Source: Eubacteriales bacterium
Lineage (GTDB): Bacteria; Bacillota; Clostridia; Oscillospirales; CAG-272
Direction: 5' to 3'
NCBI GenBank assembly: GCA_045533115.1
Contig: JAZSHF010000072.1
Location: forward strand, 1-60,737
DNA length: 60,737 nucleotides
The notes under the pieces: model-generated
Database searches by the model: none
Told to the model about the DNA's origin: nothing
The model's input: only the letters and a program-made list of their open reading frames with translations
Position numbers and translations under genes: made by a program
Shown here: positions 9,419-16,695 of the stretch, piece after piece
How positions within the stretch are numbered: position 1 is the first letter of the stretch
How the letters are laid out: each line of letters begins with the position of its first letter

Positions 9419-9439
9419 ACAACATAATAACCATTATGT
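9419..9439. repeat. Right inverted repeat (IR-R) of the invertible segment
   Basis: ACAACATAATAACCATTATGT, matching the reverse complement of 9163-9183 at 21/21 positions. Confidence 0.9.
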
Positions 9440-9519
9440 TGCCACTATCGTTATTCATTAAGCAAACACATAGTCTTTAGTCCACACGTAAAACGCAAAA
9501 AACCGCGCCTGAGCCTTAG

Positions 9520-9572
9520 AGCCTGTGCCATTTAATCGTTGTATACGATTATGGTACAGGCTTTTCTTTTTT
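9520..9572 (+). terminator. Strong intrinsic terminator in the leader between the switch and the first ORF
   Basis: agcctgtgccat ... atggtacaggct (one G-U pair, with an inner taatcg/cgatta stem) followed by tttctttttt. It lies 44 nt upstream of the TTG start at 9616. Confidence 0.7.
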
Positions 9573-9615
9573 GAAGTTATTTGACGCAACCGAGCACAAA
9601 ACGAGGTGATTCCAT

Positions 9616-9810
9616 TTGAAAAACGAGTTACAGAACAAACCGACAGACACTGATGTAAAAACAGAAAGACGACGACTCCTGTGTCCTTTATGCGGCAAGC
9701 ACACGGTACTGTGGTTGCTTCCCGACACTGTGATTAAGAATTTACCGATTAAATGTAAACGATGCGGAAAAGAATGTATGGTAAATGTCGAACCGCTTGA
9801 CCAAGCTTAA
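9616..9810 (+). CDS. Cysteine-rich KTR-domain-like small zinc-ribbon protein
   Basis: 64 aa with a TTG start and RBS AGGTGA. The pattern CPLCGKHT...DTVIKNLPIKCKRCGKE matches the Cys_rich_KTR layout as I remember it (CPxCGxKT...DTxLKNFPLxCPKCKxE). Confidence 0.65.
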   Translation: MKNELQNKPTDTDVKTERRRLLCPLCGKHTVLWLLPDTVIKNLPIKCKRCGKECMVNVEPLDQA

Positions 9811-9954
9811 TACGACGCATCATCATAAACTCTAAACGATTTTACTGATACTTGCTCCCTTCGCAGAAGACTATGTGTAAACCTGACACAAACGTTTAGC
9901 GTTTGTAATTTTTTGTTGAAATTTGTAGTAAACACTTACAAAGGGGAACTTAAA

Positions 9955-10542
9955 ATGAAACAGGATGACTTAAGCCAGGCATTGATTGATGGCACTATCC
10001 ACGTCATTGCCCGGAACGGACTTGATAAAGCCACAACAAAAGCAATAAGCAAAGCAACAGGTATTAACGAGGTATACATATACCGCCTCTTTGAAAATAA
10101 AGAGAGGTTATTTGAAAAAGCTTTCGAATACCTGGATAATCAACTGTTAGAGAAATGCTTGCTCCACATTGACGTGATGTATATGAGTGAAATAGATTAC
10201 GAGACAAGATGCAGAATTTATTTTTTGGCAATGTGGCGCTTTTTTATCGGTAACAAAGATGAAATTTCTATGTATGTCCATTATTATTACTCGCCGTATT
10301 TCAAGAAGTATTCTGCCGAGGCGCACAAAAAAAGATTTCTGCCGCTTGTAAATAAGTTCAGAGATGCCTTTAAGGAGGAAGCGGCTGTATGGCTGATACT
10401 TAACCATATATTAAACGTAATGCTTGATTTTGCTCTAATGGTACATAACGATGAGATGCCCAAAGAAGATAATTACAGTGAGCATGTGTTTCGAGTTATT
10501 TATCAGTCGGTAAAGCAGTATTTCAAAGCGGCTTCGGCTTGA
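9955..10542 (+). CDS. TetR/AcrR-family transcriptional regulator
   Basis: An N-terminal HTH typical of TetR (ARNGLDKATTKAISKATGINEVYIYRLFENKERLF). The ATG at 9955 has RBS AAAGGGGA. The track ORF starts earlier (9913) with no SD. Confidence 0.85.
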   Translation: MKQDDLSQALIDGTIHVIARNGLDKATTKAISKATGINEVYIYRLFENKERLFEKAFEYLDNQLLEKCLLHIDVMYMSEIDYETRCRIYFLAMWRFFIGNKDEISMYVHYYYSPYFKKYSAEAHKKRFLPLVNKFRDAFKEEAAVWLILNHILNVMLDFALMVHNDEMPKEDNYSEHVFRVIYQSVKQYFKAASA

Positions 10543-10554
10543 AGGCGAGTGTGA

Positions 10555-11124
10555 GTGGATAGACCTATGAATAAAAAATTGAAAAAAGCATTGAAAATTA
10601 CGTCTAACTCGCTGTTGGTTTTGGTTGTTATCCTTGTCATTCTCCTTGTTGGTGTCAGAGCAGTAGGGCTTGACATTCTGACTGTGCTGTCCCCGTCGAT
10701 GGAGCCGAAGTATCCTGTAGGATCACTAATCTACCTTGTGGACGTTGATCCGGCAAAATTAGAGGTCGATGACGTTATCACCTATCGGATATCCGAAAAG
10801 ACCACGGCGACACACCGCATCAAGGAGATTATTCCCGACGAGGACGATCCGAGCATTGTCCGGTTCCGTACCAAAGGCGATAACAACGATGATTATGACG
10901 GCAGTCTCGTGGAATTTGAGCAAGTCGAAGGTAAAGTCATCTTCTGTATCCCGCTTCTCGGCTATTTGGCGGTGTATATCCAAAGTCCGCCCGGGCTCTA
11001 CGTTGCCATCGGCACGGCGCTTGCAATTATTTTCTTCGTGATGATCGTGGATACGGTCACCGATGATAAAAAAGTAAAAAATAAAAATGAACATAAAGGA
11101 GAACACGAAAATGAAAAAAACTAA
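10555..11124 (+). CDS. sipW: Signal peptidase I, SipW/archaeal type
   Basis: One N-terminal and one C-terminal TM helix. Catalytic motifs are SPSMEP (Ser), THRI (His) and TKGDNNDD. An alternative ATG start lies at 10567. The 3' end overlaps the next gene by 14 nt. Confidence 0.85.
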   Translation: MDRPMNKKLKKALKITSNSLLVLVVILVILLVGVRAVGLDILTVLSPSMEPKYPVGSLIYLVDVDPAKLEVDDVITYRISEKTTATHRIKEIIPDEDDPSIVRFRTKGDNNDDYDGSLVEFEQVEGKVIFCIPLLGYLAVYIQSPPGLYVAIGTALAIIFFVMIVDTVTDDKKVKNKNEHKGEHENEKN

Positions 11125-11749
11125 ACCGCTTGTTTTGGCACTGTGTGCAGTCCTACTCGTGGCAGGCGCCATCCTCGGAACCGTTGCTTACTTGCAGGAT
11201 ACTGCCGAGGTAGTCAACACATTCACCGTGGGAAACGTACACTTAAAGCTCGATGAAGCTGTGGTGAACGAAAAGGGCGAACCTACCGGCGGCAGAACCG
11301 AAACCGGCAATGCGTACCACCTCATTCCAGGACAAACTTATACCAAGGATCCCACCGTTACCGTTCTGAAGGGCAGCGAGGAATCCTACGTTCGTATGAT
11401 GCTCACCCTTAACTGCGCGAGTGAGCTGGATGCCATCTTTGCCCCCAACGGTGCTGTTCTTACCGAAATCTTCAAAGGCTACGACGCCAATAACTGGAAT
11501 TACGTTGGTGTGACGAGAGGAAACGATAATACGATCACCTATGAGTTCCGCTATAAGGAAAAGGTTACGCCCGAAAAGGATGCCGACCTCGTTCTCGATG
11601 CACTCTTTGACAGCGTGACAGTTCCCAACACCATGACCGGCGCACAGCTCGAAACCATCGCCGATCTGGAAATTTCCGTAGAAGCTCACGCAATTCAGGC
11701 AGCCGGCTTTAACACTGCCGATGAAGCTTGGGCGGCATTCTCTAAATAA
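11111..11749 (+). CDS. TasA/BsaA-like secreted protein with a SipW-cognate signal peptide (candidate major fibre subunit)
   Basis: 212 aa, RBS AAAGGAG. N-terminus reads ...LLVAGAILGTVAYLQDTAEVVNTFTVGNV (TasA-type signal/N-strand). The C-terminal motif HAIQAAGF..A.EAWAAF is shared with the paralogs. Confidence 0.75.
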   Translation: MKKTKPLVLALCAVLLVAGAILGTVAYLQDTAEVVNTFTVGNVHLKLDEAVVNEKGEPTGGRTETGNAYHLIPGQTYTKDPTVTVLKGSEESYVRMMLTLNCASELDAIFAPNGAVLTEIFKGYDANNWNYVGVTRGNDNTITYEFRYKEKVTPEKDADLVLDALFDSVTVPNTMTGAQLETIADLEISVEAHAIQAAGFNTADEAWAAFSK

Positions 11750-11775
11750 ACTATGGTTTCAAACAAACGGACGAA

Positions 11776-11829
11776 TTCGTGTTCCTCCGCTTGTTGAAAT
11801 ATAAAATCTGAAGAAAGGAGGAACACGAA
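11776..11829 (+). promoter_or_regulatory. 13-bp perfect hairpin that sequesters the SD of the next cistron
   Basis: ttcgtgttcctcc (11776-11788) is the exact reverse complement of ggaggaacacgaa (11817-11829). The latter contains the GGAGG SD of the ATG at 11832. The loop is 28 nt. Confidence 0.6.
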
Positions 11830-11831
11830 AT

Positions 11832-12467
11832 ATGTATCGCGGAAAATACTCTACACCGAAGCACAGTCACCGCCGCAGAAGCTCTGCATTGAAGGTAGCT
11901 CTTATGTCTTTTGTGGCGTGTCTCATGATCTTCTCCGTGATAGGCGGCTCTCTTGCGTGGCTGATGACTTCAACCGACCCCATCGTTAACGTGTTCACTT
12001 ACGGCGATATCCGCATAACCCTTACCGAAACAAAGGGTGAAGAACTGGGCGACGGACGCTACTTCAAGATGACCCCCGGCAAGGTGATCGAAAAGGATCC
12101 GAAGATCTCCGTACTTGCCGACAGTGAAGATTGCTGGCTGTTCGTAAAAATCGTCGAGTCCAGCGACAAGGCGCTCAGCGATTACATCGAGTACGCCATT
12201 GCCGACGGTTGGACTGCTCTGCAGGAAGCTCCCGGCGTTTACTTCCGTACAGTCGACAACAGCGCAGAAGCGCAGACCTTCTCCGTACTGAAAGACGATA
12301 AGATTACCGTCAAGGGCAGCGTAACGTCGGAAATGCTCCAGGTACTCAACAGCACCAACTATCCCAAGATGACCTTCACCGGTTACGCCGTACAGCGTGA
12401 TATGAGCATCGACGCAATCGACTCCGCCGCAGAAGCATGGGCACTCATCTGCGAAAGCGGCAACTGA
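11832..12467 (+). CDS. TasA/BsaA-like secreted protein, second paralog
   Basis: 211 aa with a basic N-terminus and TM helix, then GGSLAWLMTSTDPIVNVFTYGDI. The C-terminus YAVQ....AAEAWALI parallels gene 11111. Confidence 0.7.
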   Translation: MYRGKYSTPKHSHRRRSSALKVALMSFVACLMIFSVIGGSLAWLMTSTDPIVNVFTYGDIRITLTETKGEELGDGRYFKMTPGKVIEKDPKISVLADSEDCWLFVKIVESSDKALSDYIEYAIADGWTALQEAPGVYFRTVDNSAEAQTFSVLKDDKITVKGSVTSEMLQVLNSTNYPKMTFTGYAVQRDMSIDAIDSAAEAWALICESGN

Positions 12468-12555
12468 TCCCGCAGACGAATGTCTGCACGAATCTATGAT
12501 GTAAAGGGGCAACCCATACATAAATTAAATCTTATTTTGAAAGGAAAGATGACAA

Positions 12556-14067
12556 ATGAAACTTAAAAACATTCTTCTGCATGGTCTCAGCCTTGTCCTC
12601 GTTGCGGCTCTCGCAATCGGCGGCACTGTGGCTTACCTGCAAGACGATGACAGCGATGTCAACGTAATGACCCTCGGCAACGTAAAGATTGAGCAGCACG
12701 AGTATGAGCGTGTTGTAGAAAACGGCGAGTACAAGAAAGAAACCATCAATGGCGCAGATAGCTATGTTCTGAAGGACTTCACTCAGGGCAAGCCCCTACT
12801 TCCTGCTACTGAAATTGATGCCAATGGCCAGCCCTACAACTATGGTGCAGGCGATTATGATGGCACCCGCGTTAAAATGTCTCAGGTTGGCTCCCACGGC
12901 TCTATGGACGTTTTCGTTAACGAGAACGCTGTCGACAAGTTCGTAACCGTGGAAAACACCGGTAAGACTGATGCTTACGTTCGTACGATTATCGCTTATG
13001 AGCTTGGTTCTGTATCCGAAGATAAGTTTGAAGACGTAATCATGACGAGCTGCTTCATGACTGCTCAGGGAGTTTGGAAGGTTACCGATATAGGTGCTGT
13101 TGAAATTGACGGCAATAACTACTTTGTTTCCGAGTATATCTACAATGGCGCAAAGGCTCTTGGCGGCGTTCATGAAAACGGAGTTCTCCCTGCTGGCGAC
13201 ACTACTTACCCCAGCCTTGCTCAGGTTTACATGAAGGCTACCGCAACCAACGAGGATGTTGAGAAGATCGACGGCAACAAGAATGGCACTTACGATATCC
13301 TTGTCGTTTCCCAGGCTGTTCAGGTTGCGGGCTTTGCTGATGCTGAAACCGCTCTGAACGCTGGCTTCGGTGACATCACCACCACCAATCATCCTTGGGC
13401 TGATGGCGTAAATATCCCCGCCGTTGTTGAAGACGCTGACGGACTCGTTGAAGCGCTTGAAAGCGGTAAGGACGTGGTCCTCAACGATGACGTTAAGATC
13501 GACCCCGCCGGTATGAGTAATGCTTACGGTACCACCGGTATCAACGTTAAGAACGGCCAGACCATCGACGGCAACGGCAACACCCTGGACATCAAGGGCG
13601 CAGGCGGCACTTGGGACTCCGGTATCAACACCACCGGCGGCCTGATCAAGAACCTCACCGTTACCGGCTCCTTCCGCGGTATCTTCATCAACCACAACAG
13701 CTCCTACTCCGAGACTGTTGTTCTTGAGAATGTTATCATTGACGGAACTACTTATACCATCTCCTGCGATCAGGGTATGAACCAGAATTTTGAAGCATAC
13801 AACTCCACCTTCAACGGCTGGACTTCCTATGCTGCAACTCTCGGTAATGCCAAGTTCGAAAATTGCAAATTTGGCGAAGGCAACGGCTATGCATTCTTCC
13901 GTCCCTACGCTCCTACCACCTTCGTGGGCTGCGAGTTCGAGGCTGGCTATACTCTCGACCCGAGAGCTGACGTGACCTTCGAAAACTGCACCTTGAACGG
14001 CGTTGCTTTGACCGACGCTAACATTGCAGAGTTGGTTACAGACACTGCAAAGGTAACAGTAAAGTAA
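12556..14067 (+). CDS. TasA-like N-terminal domain fused to a beta-helix-like C-terminal domain (large fibre-associated subunit)
   Basis: 503 aa. The signal region reads LVAALAIGGTVAYLQDDDSDVNVMTLGNVKIEQ. The TasA-like core ends at SQAVQVAGF. The C-terminal ~200 aa are rich in N/G/T turns (GNGNTLDIKGAGG, IKNLTVTG, ENVIIDG, FENCKFG, FENCTLNG), typical of a parallel beta-helix. Confidence 0.7.
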   Translation: MKLKNILLHGLSLVLVAALAIGGTVAYLQDDDSDVNVMTLGNVKIEQHEYERVVENGEYKKETINGADSYVLKDFTQGKPLLPATEIDANGQPYNYGAGDYDGTRVKMSQVGSHGSMDVFVNENAVDKFVTVENTGKTDAYVRTIIAYELGSVSEDKFEDVIMTSCFMTAQGVWKVTDIGAVEIDGNNYFVSEYIYNGAKALGGVHENGVLPAGDTTYPSLAQVYMKATATNEDVEKIDGNKNGTYDILVVSQAVQVAGFADAETALNAGFGDITTTNHPWADGVNIPAVVEDADGLVEALESGKDVVLNDDVKIDPAGMSNAYGTTGINVKNGQTIDGNGNTLDIKGAGGTWDSGINTTGGLIKNLTVTGSFRGIFINHNSSYSETVVLENVIIDGTTYTISCDQGMNQNFEAYNSTFNGWTSYAATLGNAKFENCKFGEGNGYAFFRPYAPTTFVGCEFEAGYTLDPRADVTFENCTLNGVALTDANIAELVTDTAKVTVK

Positions 14068-14081
14068 TTATTTAAGTCCGT

Positions 14082-14152
14082 CCTATCCCTCCCCGTGAGG
14101 GATAGGCGGCAATCAAAGCACATAAGCGATGGTTTGTGTGTTTTGATTGCCG
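14082..14152 (+). repeat. Two-hairpin intercistronic element, copy A
   Basis: Hairpin 1 is cctatccctc-cccgt-gagggatagg. Hairpin 2 is cggcaatcaaagcacataagc...gtttgtgtgttttgattgccg (about 21 bp including wobbles). It begins 15 nt after the stop at 14067. Confidence 0.75.
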
Positions 14153-14245
14153 AAAGGCATAAAGCTTTCTTCGATATAAGACCTGCAGGATCGAAGAAAA
14201 GTTAAGTCTTGAATGCAGGCAAATATCAAAAGGAGGCATACATAT

Positions 14246-16168
14246 ATGTCAAAACTCAAAAAGGTGCTCTTAATGTGCACCACTTATGTGTTGGTTGCAG
14301 CTCTCGCAATCGGCGGCACTGTTGCGTATCTTCAGGATGAAGATAGCGCAGTTAACGTTATGACACTTGGTAACGTTAAAATCGAGCAGATCGAGCTTCA
14401 GCGTGCTGAAGGCGTTGCTCACAACGCAGGTGAAGCAGGAAATGGAAACGGCGTTAAGAACGGCGATCTTGTAGATTTCGTTCAGGATCAGCCGCTTTAT
14501 CCTGCAGTTCCCAAGAACAATGCGGCGACAGACTATACCGCAGAAGCAACCGACTTGTTCTTCTGGGGCGACTACGTTTATTCAGGAACCGCAGGTAACG
14601 GTCTTTGGAACGATAGCAAGCTTTCCAACGTAATGGATAAGTTCGTGTTCGTAAAGAATACCGGTAAGACGGAAGCTTACTTCCGTACCCTCATCGCTTT
14701 TGAGTGTCCCGAGGGAATGGAGTTCAGCGAAGGTCCTGACAAGGAACTTATGATGAACATCAATGGTTCTGAAACCCTCTATGAGTGGGAAGAAATCGGC
14801 TATATTACCGTAGACGAAACTCGTTATCTTGTGATGGAAGCAACCTATCTCAACCCCCTCGCTCCCGGCAACACAGCTCATCCTTCGCTTCTTCAGGTTG
14901 TTCTTACTCACAATGCAACCAATGAAGATATGGAGCTTCTCGGTGGTACTTACGAAATACTCGTTCTCTCTCAGGCTGTTCAGGCTGCTGGTTTTGATAA
15001 CGCCGCTATCGCTCTTAATACTGCTTTTGGTGAATCCGAAGTATACGCTCCCGAGTGGTTCGGCGGCGTACTCGCAGATCACGCCGGTGACACTTGGGAC
15101 GGTACTGTCGATACCTCTTGGTATGACCCGGCTTCCCCTGCTACCGAATATAATATCACCACAGCGGAACAGCTTGCAGGTCTTGCTGAGCTTGTTTCCG
15201 GTGATACTACATTTAAGGGTGTTACCTTCACATTGATGAACGACCTTGATCTTTATTGTGAAGATACCACTGCAAGTGCTGACGGCGATCCTTTGACGTT
15301 TAGACCGATCGGTGATCATTCAAAGAATGGTACTTTTGAAGGAACTTTTGATGGTAATGGAAAGGTTATTTACAATCTTTATCAAAATGGTTGGGATCTC
15401 GGTTATCAGTGGGGAGTATATGGTTCTTACGGTCTGTTCGGCAATCTGAACGATGCTACCGTAAAGAACTTGACCCTCTCCGGTGGCGAAAGCTATATCG
15501 AAGGTGGCGACGTATCCTTTGTTGCCGGTAGTGCTACCGGTACTTGCGTATTTGAGAACATTACGATAGAAGACAGCGTTGCAGCGACCTACAACAACGG
15601 TTGCGGCGGTATTATCGGTTGGTCCGGTGCCGGCAATTATACTTTCAAAAACATTACCATCGCTGAGGATGCGGTTCTTGGCGGTCTTTGGGGCTCCTTC
15701 GATAGTTCTATCGGTGGTATTGTCGGACAGGGCGAGCCCGGTGCGACCTATAACTTCGAGAATGTAGACATCAAGTGTCGTCTTGACGTTTACAATGACG
15801 TTACCGCTGCATATAAGTATTACATTTATCGTATGTCCGGTATGCTGATTGGACGTCTTGAAGAAACGACAACGATCGATGGCACCAATTATCCGGATAT
15901 GAGCAAGTACAACATCACCTGTGCTGATGTAACAGTTACCTACAACGACTGGGCAAATTATCACTACTGTGTTGTAGCCGGTAAGACTGCATGGCGCGTA
16001 GAACCCGGATATGCTTATGGCGGAATTCCTGCAGATCACGATCATAGCACGTGTGCAATTTGTTGTAATGAGCTTCTCGTATTTGATTCACTCTTCGGTG
16101 GAGATCAGTACGGCGTTAGAGGTATTACAACTTACGACGGCGTAACTGTTGTTTACAACAACAAGTAA
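14246..16168 (+). CDS. TasA-like N-terminal domain fused to a large GLUG/beta-helix-like adhesin-type domain
   Basis: 640 aa from the ATG at 14246 (RBS AAAGGAGG). The N-terminus is nearly identical in protein sequence to gene 12556 (LVAALAIGGTVAYLQDEDSAVNVMTLGNVKIEQ). The C-terminal segment ITTAEQLAGLAELVSGDTTFKGVTFTLMNDLDL...FRPIG...FEGTFDGNGKVIYNL resembles repeats of Gram-positive surface proteins. Confidence 0.7.
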   Translation: MSKLKKVLLMCTTYVLVAALAIGGTVAYLQDEDSAVNVMTLGNVKIEQIELQRAEGVAHNAGEAGNGNGVKNGDLVDFVQDQPLYPAVPKNNAATDYTAEATDLFFWGDYVYSGTAGNGLWNDSKLSNVMDKFVFVKNTGKTEAYFRTLIAFECPEGMEFSEGPDKELMMNINGSETLYEWEEIGYITVDETRYLVMEATYLNPLAPGNTAHPSLLQVVLTHNATNEDMELLGGTYEILVLSQAVQAAGFDNAAIALNTAFGESEVYAPEWFGGVLADHAGDTWDGTVDTSWYDPASPATEYNITTAEQLAGLAELVSGDTTFKGVTFTLMNDLDLYCEDTTASADGDPLTFRPIGDHSKNGTFEGTFDGNGKVIYNLYQNGWDLGYQWGVYGSYGLFGNLNDATVKNLTLSGGESYIEGGDVSFVAGSATGTCVFENITIEDSVAATYNNGCGGIIGWSGAGNYTFKNITIAEDAVLGGLWGSFDSSIGGIVGQGEPGATYNFENVDIKCRLDVYNDVTAAYKYYIYRMSGMLIGRLEETTTIDGTNYPDMSKYNITCADVTVTYNDWANYHYCVVAGKTAWRVEPGYAYGGIPADHDHSTCAICCNELLVFDSLFGGDQYGVRGITTYDGVTVVYNNK

Positions 16169-16188
16169 TTTCACAAAAAACAAGCTGC

Positions 16189-16253
16189 CCCAACCCTTCG
16201 GGGTTGGGCGGCAATCAAAGGGTATAAGCAAGCCTTGTGCCTTTTGATTGCTG
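16189..16253 (+). repeat. Two-hairpin intercistronic element, copy B
   Basis: Hairpin 1 is cccaaccc-ttcg-gggttggg. Hairpin 2 is cggcaatcaaagggtataag...cttgtgccttttgattgctg. It begins 21 nt after the stop at 16168. Confidence 0.75.
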
Positions 16254-16303
16254 ATATTAAATGATTTCTCGGCAATAGTTATCGAAAAGCGAGGTATTCA
16301 CAG

Positions 16304-16441
16304 ATGTTATTATTCATTATAGGTCTCATTGCGGGCAGCGTATTTGGATTTGGCGTTTGCGCTATCTGCAGCATGGCTGGTAACAATCACCGCACAAAAG
16401 CATCCAAAGATACCGAAGATAGCGATGCTGCAAGTAAATAA
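16304..16441 (+). CDS. Possible 45-aa single-TM peptide (too short to appear in the ORF track)
   Basis: ATG...TAA encodes MLLFIIGLIAGSVFGFGVCAICSMAGNNHRTKASKDTEDSDAASK. GAGG lies 9 nt upstream. The ORF sits between copies B and C of the hairpin element. Confidence 0.4.
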   Translation: MLLFIIGLIAGSVFGFGVCAICSMAGNNHRTKASKDTEDSDAASK

Positions 16442-16627
16442 CCCCAACACCATACTTTATGCGTTCATTGGCTTCGTTGCCGTATTCCCGGCGATTTTGT
16501 GGTTATGAGGATATTATGGTTATTATTAATTCCGTTTGTAAAGTATCAATTTACTTACAACAGAGATTTTCTCTGTAGTGAGCGTGGTAATAAAATGTGT
16601 CTTGTCTTCAACTTTTTTACCTCGCGC

Positions 16628-16695
16628 CGCCCATCACTCTCTGATGGGCGGCAATCAAAGGGTACAAGCGTGGTTCTTGTGCCTTTTGATTGCTG
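16628..16695 (+). repeat. Two-hairpin intercistronic element, copy C
   Basis: Hairpin 1 is cgcccatca-ctctc-tgatgggcg. Hairpin 2 is ggcaatcaaagggtacaag...cttgtgccttttgattgct. It overlaps the spurious ATG of track ORF 16690. Confidence 0.75.

Larger units (their letters stand above)
9163..9439. promoter_or_regulatory. Putative invertible promoter element (inverton), assembled in the orientation facing the downstream operon
   Basis: Perfect 21-bp IRs enclose 235 bp containing a hairpin and a consensus promoter. The element starts about 40 nt after the recombinase gene. Confidence 0.75.

Noticed and set aside
12796-16045. Long antisense ORFs opposite the TasA-fusion genes (12796-13695, 14582-15319, 15320-16045). 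Similar cases occur elsewhere: 1237-1941, 39211-40008, 43607-44272, 47423-48316, 49790-50866, 52282-53436 and 57113-57748.
   Set aside because: Each lies opposite a gene with clear family motifs, RBS and operon context. The antisense products are low-complexity or Arg/Val/Leu-rich, with no start context. Such ORFs are typical shadow ORFs in sequence of roughly 50% GC.
16511-16531. A possible third recombinase site. atggttattat (16516-16526) matches the central 11 nt of IR-L (9168-9178) in direct orientation relative to IR-L. In principle this would allow inversion of the whole operon with IR-R.
   Set aside because: Only the 11-nt core matches. The flanking arms differ (atatt/taatt versus acata/gttgt, about 15/21 identity overall) and are not palindromic. 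The region is AT-rich, so an 11-mer match in a 2 x 60 kb search space is not very improbable. It would be worth a glance in read-orientation data, but the sequence alone does not support it.
14082-16695. The two-hairpin elements read as integron attC sites, with the recombinase as an integron integrase.
   Set aside because: The elements lack the RYYYAAC/GTTRRRY boundary boxes as I remember them. The recombinase is co-directional with the genes, is only 280 aa, and is already paired with the 21-bp IRs. The flanked genes are paralogs of one operon rather than unrelated cassettes. I keep this only as a remote alternative in the finding.
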